From Ostreococcus lucimarinus (taxonomy: Eukaryota): a DNA stretch of 64,000 bases. The stretch's first letter is position 1. Each line of letters starts with the position of its first letter. The notes beneath the pieces are model-generated. The model ran no database searches, was not told the DNA's origin, and worked only from the letters and a program-made list of their open reading frames with translations. Shown piece after piece: positions 1-8,958 of the stretch. The stretch lies in NCBI GenBank assembly GCA_000092065.1, contig CP000582.1, one strand, 5' to 3'. A program made the translations under genes and the position numbers.

Positions 1-597
1 TCGCCCCTCAAGGTGACGAGCGACCCGACCGAGGGCACGTATCAATTGTTCGAAGAGGCTGGCACCGATTTGGGTCAACTTTTGACGAAGAAGAAGACAC
101 TGGCGGACATGAAGAGCGCCATGTCACCTGACGTCGCCAAGGCGCTCGGTCGTGTCAGTGGAGGCTTGTACGTCGTCACCGCCGCGCAGGGCACCGCGCG
201 TTCGGCGATGATCGCGTCTTGGGTCGCCCAAGCCTCGTTCGAACCTCTCGGTTTTACCGTCGCGGTGGCGAAAGATCGCGCCATTGAATCACTGATGCAA
301 GTCAACGACACGTTTGTCCTGAATTGCCTTCCCGAGAACGGCTTCGAACCGTTAATGAAGCACTTTCTGACGCGATTCCCACCCGGCGCCGACCGCTTCG
401 AGGGCGTGGAGTGGGCGCCTGCCAACTGCGGCGCGCCCATCCTCGGCGACGCCGTGGCGTTCATGGAGTGCCGAGTGGTGTCTCGAATGGAAGCCAACGA
501 TCACTGGATCGTGTACAGCGAAGTTTTCAACGGTAAGGTGTTCAACCAAGACGTACGAACGGCGTCCCATCATCGCAAAGTCGGCTCTTACTACTGA
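1..597 (+). CDS. Flavodiiron protein (class C, FlvA/FlvB-type), C-terminal flavin-reductase-like domain only; 5'-truncated at the window edge
   Basis: Frame 1 is open from nt 1; the track 'M' at 13 is a GTG. The translated segment YQLFEEAGTDLGQLL...LGRVSGGLYVVTAAQG...HHRKVGSYY is colinear with the C-terminal 190 aa of the complete Flv gene at 6487..8718 (LQLCEESGTDLAQAV...VGRIVGSLCAVTT...HHRKTGSSY). Confidence 0.8.
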   Translation, partial: SPLKVTSDPTEGTYQLFEEAGTDLGQLLTKKKTLADMKSAMSPDVAKALGRVSGGLYVVTAAQGTARSAMIASWVAQASFEPLGFTVAVAKDRAIESLMQVNDTFVLNCLPENGFEPLMKHFLTRFPPGADRFEGVEWAPANCGAPILGDAVAFMECRVVSRMEANDHWIVYSEVFNGKVFNQDVRTASHHRKVGSYY

Positions 598-1541
598 CGC
601 GCCGTCGACCCCGCATGTAATTCTTAACAAAAAATGTTGGCTCTTTCAATACAACAAACGTCGCGACGTGCGAGCGTTCCAGCACTTTCTAATCAATTCG
701 CGCACGTCTACATGCTCATCCTACCCACGAAGCGTTCCACGTCGCGCGTGAATTGCGCCTCCGCCGCCGTCTCCCCCCTTCGCGTCGCGTCGCTCGTCGC
801 GCTCTTAACCGTCCCCGCCACCATCGTCCGCTTCACTCCACTCACCACCGGTTGCGGTGTCGGCGCATCCGTCGTCATCGTCGGCATCATGCTCACCACG
901 CCGAGCGCGAACGCCAGCACCGCCTTTGTCGCCGCGTCCCGCTCGCGATTCACCCTCGCCGCCGCGCGTTCCAACCGCGTCGGTTTCACCGCGCGTCCCG
1001 CGTCCACGGAATCTCCGAGTCTCAGCTTCGCGACGAGATCATCGTTCTTCGCTCGCCGCGCCGTGGACGACGCGTCGCTCGTCGGCGCGTCGTCCGCGGA
1101 CGTCGCGCGTCGCTTCGGGACGCGGCGACGGTGAGAGTCGAAAAACGCGCTCGGCGGCACGCGCGGAAGCAGCATGGCGACGCGCGCGCGTCACGTCGCG
1201 CGCGAAGCGCTTTTTCTTCGTCACCGCGCGCGCGCGGCGTCGGGCGCGCGAAGACGAGGCGCGGTGTGGGGAGAATTATCCAGCCACGAGGGCGACGCCG
1301 CGCCTAGTCAGCGCGCGAGGACGCGCGAGAGGACGCGGCTGAAAAACGAGACGGAGATTGTCTGAAAAGCGGCGACTCGACTTCTGGAGACGTGATTCGT
1401 ACGAGCGTTGATATCTATACAAAACTATGACGGTGCGAACGCGCGCGGTGAAAGCTGGAGGAGGCGCGAGAGACGATATCGCCGGCGCGAGATCGCTCGA
1501 TCTCCTCGGAAAAAGTGGTTGGAATCGCGCGGAGAGCGGCG

Positions 1542-3269
1542 TTAGCTCACCGTGCGACCGAACGCGACGGCGCTGATGTAAAGGTTCTTCGCCCACTTTT
1601 CTTTGACGTGCGTGGACGGGAAGGCCGAGGTGCGAAGAGTTTCCTGCGTCTCGTCGCCCGGTCGGCGGCGAGGGATGGAGAGCACGAAGGCGGCTTGGTC
1701 TGTCGTCGCCGCGCAGCACGTGATGCGGAAACCACCGTTCCAGCGTCGGTGAATGCCTTCACTCGGGTACATAAAGTCCAGTTCAACGCATTGATCGACG
1801 AAACCGGCGTTTCGGGACATGACGACTGCCCAGCGGCACCCGCAAGTGGCCATGGAGGTGACGTAAAAGCCTTCCTTCCACTTTTTATTGATCCACTTGA
1901 AGGGGAACGAGTCGCTCACCTTGTACGACTGCTGCGTGTACGTCGAGCCTTTCGACATGACGACGATGGCAGAGCCGGCGGACGAACCCGCGAGCGCGGT
2001 GATGTAGTATCCATCGTCCCACTGTTCCAAGATCCAGTCCTTCGGCAAGAAGTGCGTGGACAAGTTCCAAATCTGCGCGCTGAAGCCCGTACCGGCGTCC
2101 ATGATGAGCGCCCAGAGCTCAGCCGAACAGGAGACGCTGGAGATGAATAGACCGTCATCGTTACCTTTCTCCACGTGCTGCTCGATGCGCGAGTTCGCCA
2201 CGTTGTAGTGGTATCTTTGCTTCATCGGTCGGTGGGCGTTGTAAATGGTGATCCATTGCTGCGCGGGCAAGCCGACGCGTACCTTCTTCTTCAGTCGGTC
2301 CTTATCGTCGGTGTCAAACTGCATGTCAGAAATTTTACGCTTCATGCCAACCTTCTTCGCGCCTTCGGTAGAGATCGGGCGTCTCGCGACGGCGCCGCAC
2401 AGAGGCTCAAAGAGTCCGGACATGGCTCCGTACTTAGGTTCTTCGTCAAACTTCAAGTTGATGACGGCTTCCATAAACTGCCTGAATGCGCTCGGAGTGT
2501 ATCTGCAAAGCGCCTCGGGACTGGTAGCCATCTTCTTCTTGCATACTAAAAACCCCTTGTTATCGCCTTGGTAACCTTGCCACGGTAATCGCCCCTTCAA
2601 GAGGAACAATAAAGTATACGCCAGCGATTCCAAGTCGTCGCGTCGAGATGCGGTGCGGCCCAAGTGCGCGTGCACGGACGCGTAACGCACTGTTCCTCGG
2701 AAAATATCTGGTCTCTGGTCGTATTCTATGTGAGCCGAACAAATTGGGTCGCGCCAACGCGTCCCCAGACCTAAATCAACCAAATACAACTTCTTCTCCG
2801 TCGGCGTTCCCGGAGGTCCGAGCAAAAAGTTCTCCGGCTTGATGTCGCCGTGCACGAACCCTTTACTGTGAAAGTTCTCCAAAATCGCGAGCGACTCCAC
2901 CGCAATGCACGCGACCATCTCCTGCGACATCATCTGCCCGTTCGCGTTCCACTTATCCCACAAAGACGGCCCCAACAAATCCATCACCATCACGTAGTAG
3001 TCTCCTTGACTCCCCTTATAGTGCACCTTCGGCACCCCGAGAATACCCCCCAGCGAGTTATACACGCTCCACTCGTACGGTGGTCCGTAATCACATCCCT
3101 TACTCGACCTGTGTTCAAACTTCAACGCCACCTGGTTCGCATTCGGCCCCGTCGTCGCGCTCGGGTCGGTCGGCTTCAACCGCCGTCCGACGTACACCTG
3201 CCCGAACCCGCCCTTTCCGAGTTTCCGTTCCACGATGTACACGGGCGATCCCCCGACTTGCGTCTGCAT
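1542..3269 (-). CDS. Casein kinase I family Ser/Thr kinase with a plant MUT9-like (MLK) C-terminal domain
   Basis: ATG confirmed at 3269. The N-terminal kinase domain shows the GKGGFGQVY glycine loop, [11 protein letters not shown] catalytic loop, a DLG motif and the CK1-type layout. A roughly 250-aa C-terminal extension resembles the conserved tail of plant/algal MUT9-like kinases. Confidence 0.85.
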   Translation of the reverse strand: MQTQVGGSPVYIVERKLGKGGFGQVYVGRRLKPTDPSATTGPNANQVALKFEHRSSKGCDYGPPYEWSVYNSLGGILGVPKVHYKGSQGDYYVMVMDLLGPSLWDKWNANGQMMSQEMVACIAVESLAILENFHSKGFVHGDIKPENFLLGPPGTPTEKKLYLVDLGLGTRWRDPICSAHIEYDQRPDIFRGTVRYASVHAHLGRTASRRDDLESLAYTLLFLLKGRLPWQGYQGDNKGFLVCKKKMATSPEALCRYTPSAFRQFMEAVINLKFDEEPKYGAMSGLFEPLCGAVARRPISTEGAKKVGMKRKISDMQFDTDDKDRLKKKVRVGLPAQQWITIYNAHRPMKQRYHYNVANSRIEQHVEKGNDDGLFISSVSCSAELWALIMDAGTGFSAQIWNLSTHFLPKDWILEQWDDGYYITALAGSSAGSAIVVMSKGSTYTQQSYKVSDSFPFKWINKKWKEGFYVTSMATCGCRWAVVMSRNAGFVDQCVELDFMYPSEGIHRRWNGGFRITCCAATTDQAAFVLSIPRRRPGDETQETLRTSAFPSTHVKEKWAKNLYISAVAFGRTVS

Positions 3270-3880
3270 CGTTCACAAACCACACACTCGTCAATCTCGC
3301 GTCGTCGTCGCGTCGCCGGCCGCCGTCGCGCCGTCGCGAATCGCGTTCGCGTCGTTCGCGCGTCTCGGGTTTGAATCGCCTCGCCGCGCGCCGCGCGTTT
3401 CCGCGCCCGCGCGCGTCTCTCGCCCTCGCGCGCACCTTCTCCGGCACGGGCGCCGTGGAGGGGTCGTCCCCCACCGGCGCCGCGTGGTCCCCGCTTCGTT
3501 CCTCGCTCGGTTCGTCCATCGCGCGTCGTCGATCGCGCGCCGACGCGTCTTCTCGAGATCCTCTCTCGCGCGTCGCTCGCGCGTCGCTCGAGCGCGCGCG
3601 CGCGTTCGCGCGCGCCGACGCGACGATCGGCGCGTCGTCGACGCGCGCGGACTCGAGGCGTCGCGTCGCGCGGGCGTCGCGCGGGCGTTCGACGATCGGT
3701 CGAGTCGTCAAGTGTCGCGTCGGCGAATCGTCGCGTCAGACGACGACGCGCGACGCGCGACGCGCGACGCGCGCCATGATTCGCGCGCGCGTCGCGCCCG
3801 CGCGCGCGCGAGATCGCGTCGCGTCGACGCGCGCGCGCGCGCGACGCGGGCGTCGCTCGAGCGCGGCGCGGGCGTCGTTC

Positions 3881-4603
3881 ATGGATAAACTGTTGGACTT
3901 GGTGACGCCGAAGGATTCCGACTCGAGCGCGCCGAATCGCGAGGCCTACGACGCGTGGACCGCGCGGGCGACGGCGAAGGACGCGTCCGTCGCGGCGGTG
4001 CTCGCGGCGGTGCGCGGGACGGTGCTGGAGGGGAGGGTTTTGGAGGTGGCGTACGACGCGGAGACGCGAGGGTACAACGCGCGAGCGTTTCACGCCGACG
4101 TCGACGGGCGCGGGCCGTGCCTGGTGATCGGGAAAACCACGAAAGGGTCGCGGTTCGCGGGGTTCAATCCGCTGGGTTTTTATTCCGTCGAGGATTATCG
4201 CGAGAGCGGGAACGCGTTTTTGTGCAAGTGGCGGAGCGACGCGGCGTTTCGACGAGGAGACGCGCCGAGCGACGTCGCGAACGTCTTGCCGGGGGGAAAT
4301 GCGGCGATCTTTGATTTTGGCGCGCAGGGACCGTGCTTCGGCGTCGATGCTTTGCGCGTGCCGCTCGGTTTCGCGCCACCGAACGGGTCGTCGTACGCGG
4401 GCGTCGGCGGTTCGTTCGATCTCGGCGAGGCGAACGCCACGGGCTCGCGCGAGTGTAAGAGCCGGTTGGGCACCCATTACGAATCATTCGAGGACGGGTC
4501 CGGACTTTTTAAAGAAGGCGCCGGCGCGACGCTCGCGGAATTACGAGTGTACTACGCCCCCGCGCTGCGTCGAAACGAATCCGACGGGTTGTACGTTTCT
4601 TGA
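3881..4603 (+). CDS. TLDc-domain-like protein (hypothetical)
   Basis: The long track ORF 3080..4603 begins with an Arg-rich, low-complexity segment. The first credible ATG is at 3881 (MDKLLDLV). The downstream sequence (VLEVAYDAETRGYNARAFHADVDGRGPCLVIGKTTKGSRFAGFNPLGF...NAFLCKW...AIFDFGAQGPCFG) follows the TLDc pattern. Confidence 0.45.
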   Translation: MDKLLDLVTPKDSDSSAPNREAYDAWTARATAKDASVAAVLAAVRGTVLEGRVLEVAYDAETRGYNARAFHADVDGRGPCLVIGKTTKGSRFAGFNPLGFYSVEDYRESGNAFLCKWRSDAAFRRGDAPSDVANVLPGGNAAIFDFGAQGPCFGVDALRVPLGFAPPNGSSYAGVGGSFDLGEANATGSRECKSRLGTHYESFEDGSGLFKEGAGATLAELRVYYAPALRRNESDGLYVS

Positions 4604-4658
4604 ACGATTCGCCGCTTTTTAGAATACGACTAGAACTAGCTAGCAGCGTCCGAATCAC

Positions 4659-5672
4659 TCACGCCAGACTAAACGCTTTCGCGAGTTCGTTCATCGACGC
4701 TCGATCGATGACGGAGCCGCCGCACACGACGACGACGATCGGCGCTCGCGGGTCGGACGATATCCCGTCGAGCGCGCCGAGTTCCGGAAAGTACGCGGCG
4801 GAGAGCGCGGCGCCGCACGCCGGCTCGACGAGCACGCGATGATCGTCGGCGAAGCGCAGGCACGCGGCGACGGCGTGCGCGTCGTCGCACGCGCGCACGC
4901 GCACGCGCGCGTCGCCGAGTTCGACGCACATCTTAAACACCGCCGGCGACGGCGACGCCGCGCCGAGAGATTTCGCCACGCTCGTGATCGCCGGCAGCGT
5001 CACCACCTCTCCCGCGCGCATCGACGCGTTCAGCGAATCCGCCCCGATCGTCTCCATCGCCACCACGACGACGTCGTCGCCCCATCCGCACCGCTCGATG
5101 CCTCGCAGACATCCCGCCAGCAATCCGCCGCCGCCGACGCACGTCGCGACGGCTGCCGGCTTTCGTCCGCCCAAATCTTCCGCGATCTCATCGATCATCG
5201 TGCTGTGCCCGTCCCACGTGTCCTCGCCCTCGAACGGGTGTATCATCGCCCCTCCGCACGCCGCCGCGCGCGCCGTCGCCGCCGCGTTCGCCTCGCTCCA
5301 CTGCGTCCCGCGCACCTCAACCTCGGCGCCGTACGCGCGCAGCGCGTCCCGCACGCGCTCCGGCGTCGTCTCCGGCACGTACACCACCGTTTGCGCGCCC
5401 AGCTCGCGTCCCGCGTGCGCCGTCGCGAGTCCCGCGTTGCCGCCCGAAGAGGAGACGAGCAGGCGCGCGCCGTCGCGCTCGACGGCGAGCGCGCACGCGC
5501 GTCCGACGCCGCGCAGCTTGAACGACCCGCTCGGCTGCGCGCACTCGAGCTTGAGGTACACGTCGCGACGCATTATCTCGCTCAGCGGCGCGGACTTCAC
5601 GAGCGGGGTGCGAACGTGGAGCCGCGAGACGTCGCGCGCGGGCGCGACGGAGGCGAAGACGACGCGAGGCAT
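4659..5672 (-). CDS. PLP-dependent L-serine/threonine dehydratase-like enzyme (fold-type II)
   Basis: ATG confirmed at 5672. It has the SGSFKLRG PLP-lysine motif, glycine-rich loops (SSGGNAGLA, CVGGGGLLAG) and the overall serine dehydratase / threonine ammonia-lyase architecture. Confidence 0.8.
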   Translation of the reverse strand: MPRVVFASVAPARDVSRLHVRTPLVKSAPLSEIMRRDVYLKLECAQPSGSFKLRGVGRACALAVERDGARLLVSSSGGNAGLATAHAGRELGAQTVVYVPETTPERVRDALRAYGAEVEVRGTQWSEANAAATARAAACGGAMIHPFEGEDTWDGHSTMIDEIAEDLGGRKPAAVATCVGGGGLLAGCLRGIERCGWGDDVVVVAMETIGADSLNASMRAGEVVTLPAITSVAKSLGAASPSPAVFKMCVELGDARVRVRACDDAHAVAACLRFADDHRVLVEPACGAALSAAYFPELGALDGISSDPRAPIVVVVCGGSVIDRASMNELAKAFSLA

Positions 5673-6358
5673 GGTGTGACGCGACGACGGTTCGCGACCG
5701 ATCGACGACGACGACGACGCGAAGACGACGCGCGCGAACGATTCATTTCGAGCGCCGCGTTAAAACTAACGCTAGACTACCCGCGCGACGCGACGCGACG
5801 CGACGCTCGACGACTATCGCGACGGCGCGCCGACGCGCGCTCGACGACGGCGCTCGCGCGCTCTGCGCGTCTTCGTGTGCGCCAGCGCGACGCCCTCGCC
5901 CTCGAGCCACTCGACGAACACCGCGCGACTCGCCCGCACGCCCGCGACTCGCGCGCGCGCCAGCGCGTCGTCGACGTCGACGCCGCGCGTCAGCAGCGCG
6001 CGCTCGTACGTCTCGTCGTCGGCGCGAAGCCACGCCGCGAGCGCGTTCGCGACCTCGGAATCCGTCGCCGCGCGTCGCGTCGCGCGTCGCGTCGCGCTCG
6101 ATCGCGCGTCTCCCGTCGTCGCGGCGTCGCGGCCGCGCTTTAATCGCTCGCGAAGCGGTGGAATCTCGCTCTCGGACGCGTCGTCGCCGTCGCGCCGAGC
6201 GTCGAGCGCCGAGCGCGGTCCGTCGTCGTCGTCGTCGTCGTCGTCGCTCGTCGACGCGTCGCCGCTCGCGCGTCGATCGGCGAGAATTCGAGCGAACGCC
6301 TCGCGCACGCGCGCGCCGCCCTCGCGCTCGTCCCTGCGCGCGACGCGTCGTCAGTCGT

Positions 6359-6390
6359 CGCGAACCGAACCGAACCGAACCGAACCGAAT
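6359..6390. repeat. (CGAAC)n pentanucleotide microsatellite in the divergent SDH-like / Flv intergenic region
   Basis: cgaaccgaaccgaaccgaaccgaaccgaat at 6361..6390, upstream of the Flv ATG at 6487. Confidence 0.8.
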
Positions 6391-6486
6391 CGTCGCGCGC
6401 GCGCTCGCCGCGCGCACCGATCGACGCCCATCGCGCGCAGGAGCTCGCCGACGACGTCGTCGCGCGTCGCGCCGAGCGCGCGCGCG

Positions 6487-8718
6487 ATGGCGTCGACGCG
6501 CTCCATCGCGCGCGCGTCGCGCGATGGCGACGCGCTGACGCGGACGGCACTCGACGACGCCGCGATGCGCGCCGCGACGCGCGCCGCGACGCGCGGTGAC
6601 GCGACGCGATGCGCGACGCGACGCGCGCGCGATGTCGCGCGTCGACGGCGCGCGACGGCGCGACGCGCGCTCGAGACGGGACGCGAGGAGACGCGCGCGG
6701 CGGATTCGAAGCGCGCGCGCGACGCGCTGTTCGCGGCGAACGACGGCGCGCGCGACGGCGACGACGGCGACGATCGCGTCGCGACGCGCGATGACGTCGT
6801 CGGCGGGGTGGCGATGGTGTCGTTCGCGACGCGCGCGCGACGGACGTTCGAGGTGGAGTACGGCGCGCGGCGAGGGACGACGGAGAACGCGTACGCGACG
6901 CGAGGCGAAAAGGATGCGTGCCTGATCGATTGCGTCGACGGGAGACACGCGGAGGGGTACGCGCGCGAGATCGAGGGGCTGGGGGCGTGGGCGCGCGACG
7001 CGGCGTATCACGCGGTGCTGCACGTGAGTCCGCGGCGGTTGGACGCGCTCGCGGCGGCGATCGCGAACAGGAGCGAGGGCGCGGCGTGCGTGGAGGTGCT
7101 GTGCTCGAATCCGGGGGCGCAGTTGATTCAACAGGCGCTGAAACCGAATAGTCCTCTGACGAATGAAGCGCTGTGTGCGGCGTGGAAGGGGACGGATGGG
7201 AAACTGAGGGCGCGGTTGCGCGTCGTGCGCAACGGCGAGCGGTTGGATTTGGGCGGGCGGACTTTGAGATTTACGCTCGCGCCCACGCCGCGTTGGCCGG
7301 ATTTGATCTTCGCGCGCGATGAGAAGTCGCAAACTCTGTTTACATCGAAGTTTTTCTCCGCACACGTCGGCACGATGGAAGGATACGGCGATGAGGGCGG
7401 GTTGGAGACGTTCGGGGAGGATTGGAGGTTTTACTTTGACTGCCTCCTCGCGCCGATGGCGAGGCAAGTGTCGCCTTTGCTCGAGAAGCTTACCGTGAAA
7501 GAAGAGAACGCGTACGACGAACGGATGGGACGACGGATGGAGGAGTGGGAAAAGAGCGGCGCGGTGAAAAAGGTTTTGCTGCGCGCGATGGGCAAGTCCA
7601 TGGCGGGGAAAACGAGCTCGCAAGCGTTCGAGGGCGTCGCGAAGACTATTTGCCCGGCGCACGGCCCGGTCGTCGCGTCCTCGGTCACGGAGCTGTATCG
7701 AGAGTACGTAGAGTGGTGCAAAATGCAAACTTCCGCTGGGGATAACTTGTCCGTGGCCGTCATCTACGCCAGTGCGTACGGGAACACCGGCGCGATGGCG
7801 CAAGCCATCGCGCGAGGCGTCGCCAAGACAGGCGTCGGCGCGGAAATGTTCAACTGCGAGCTCGCGTCACCGATCGAAGTGGAAGAAGTGTTGAAACGTA
7901 GCGCGGGGTTCGCCCTCGGTGCACCGACGCTCGGTGGCACTTTACCGACGCCCGTGCAGACCGCACTCGGGGCGATCGTGAAGGAGGGCGATTTGGAGAA
8001 GCCGTGCGGCTCCTTTGGATCCTTTGGCTGGTCTGGCGAAGCGGTGGCGATGATCGACAAACGCTTGACAGACGCGGGCTTTAAAAGTGCGTTCGAGCCG
8101 TTGCGGTGTAAATTCAAACCTACCGCCGAGACGCTGCAGCTTTGTGAAGAGAGCGGGACGGATCTCGCGCAAGCGGTGCGCAAGATCGAGCGCCGCAAAC
8201 AAGTGCTCGAGCGTAAATCCGTCGGCCAAGCCGCGGACGGCGTCAGTGACACCGCCGCCGCCGTCGGGCGCATCGTCGGCTCGCTATGCGCGGTGACGAC
8301 GAAGAACGAAGACACGCAAAGTGCCATGTTAGCGTCTTGGGTATCTCAAGCGAGCTTCAATCCGCCGGCGCTCACCGTCGCCGTCGCCAAGGAGCGCGCC
8401 GTCGAGAGTTTCCTCATGACCGGCGGCAAGTTCAACCTCAACGTCCTCAAGTCCGGCGGCGAAAAGGACGTCATGAAGGCCCTACTCAAACCGTTCGCTC
8501 CCGGTGAGAACCGTTTCGGCGCGCTCGACGTAGACATCTCCGAAACCAACGGCTGCGCCGTGGTGAAACAGGCCCTCGCGTGCGTCGAGTGCACCGTCAC
8601 GAAGCGAATGGAGGCCGGCGACCACTGGGTCGTCCTCGCCGAAGTCGAGCGCGGGACTCTCTTAGACGCCGAAGGCGTGACGAGCATCCACCACAGAAAG
8701 ACTGGTAGTTCTTATTAA
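6487..8718 (+). CDS. Flavodiiron protein, class C (metallo-beta-lactamase-like + flavodoxin + flavin-reductase-like domains), with a putative plastid transit peptide
   Basis: Flavodoxin core VAVIYASAYGNTGAMAQAIARG...GSFGWSGEAV. C-terminal NAD(P)H:flavin-reductase-like domain IVGSLCAVTT...HHRKTGSSY. A beta-lactamase-like N-domain lies upstream. The track ORF starts at 5875 in Arg/Ser low complexity; the first plausible ATG is 6487, followed by an R/S/T/A-rich presequence. The start is uncertain (confidence for the start about 0.5). Confidence 0.85.
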   Translation: MASTRSIARASRDGDALTRTALDDAAMRAATRAATRGDATRCATRRARDVARRRRATARRALETGREETRAADSKRARDALFAANDGARDGDDGDDRVATRDDVVGGVAMVSFATRARRTFEVEYGARRGTTENAYATRGEKDACLIDCVDGRHAEGYAREIEGLGAWARDAAYHAVLHVSPRRLDALAAAIANRSEGAACVEVLCSNPGAQLIQQALKPNSPLTNEALCAAWKGTDGKLRARLRVVRNGERLDLGGRTLRFTLAPTPRWPDLIFARDEKSQTLFTSKFFSAHVGTMEGYGDEGGLETFGEDWRFYFDCLLAPMARQVSPLLEKLTVKEENAYDERMGRRMEEWEKSGAVKKVLLRAMGKSMAGKTSSQAFEGVAKTICPAHGPVVASSVTELYREYVEWCKMQTSAGDNLSVAVIYASAYGNTGAMAQAIARGVAKTGVGAEMFNCELASPIEVEEVLKRSAGFALGAPTLGGTLPTPVQTALGAIVKEGDLEKPCGSFGSFGWSGEAVAMIDKRLTDAGFKSAFEPLRCKFKPTAETLQLCEESGTDLAQAVRKIERRKQVLERKSVGQAADGVSDTAAAVGRIVGSLCAVTTKNEDTQSAMLASWVSQASFNPPALTVAVAKERAVESFLMTGGKFNLNVLKSGGEKDVMKALLKPFAPGENRFGALDVDISETNGCAVVKQALACVECTVTKRMEAGDHWVVLAEVERGTLLDAEGVTSIHHRKTGSSY

Positions 8719-8958
8719 TCACATTTTTTCCGCCGCGTCTCCCCGCGCCGCGCCCAGGGGACCGAACGGGAGCGCAACACCCCGCGCGTAAAAAAACCAT
8801 CATCGGCATAACGCGCCTCGTGCGCGCGCGCGCGACGTGATTCGCCGGCCGGACGCGCGCACGCGAGAAAGAAATCCTCGACGCGCGTTCCGAAGCGCTC
8901 AGAGCGCGACTCGGACGCGCGCGCGCGCGACGCGGCGACGAAATAACGCACAGAAACC

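Noticed and set aside
5814-6308. 164-aa minus-strand acidic ORF (DDDDDDDDG...) between the serine dehydratase and Flv genes
   Set aside because: It has no in-frame ATG, since the track start is a GTG. It lies in the divergent promoter interval and has no recognisable domain. It could be an exon of an unrecognised gene, but I found no support for that.
5743-7803. 686-aa minus-strand ORF (and similar: 3176..4477 -, 16797..17858 -, 41050..42642 -, 44075..45220 -, 46496..48352 -, 753..1342 +)
   Set aside because: These are Arg/Ser/Pro-rich low-complexity translations. They lie antisense to, or frame-shifted on, genes with clear homologues (Flv, kinase, beta-helix, PDCD5/TTL region, exportin). 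This is the expected artefact of long stop-free antisense frames in 65% GC DNA with strong GC3 bias, not real genes.
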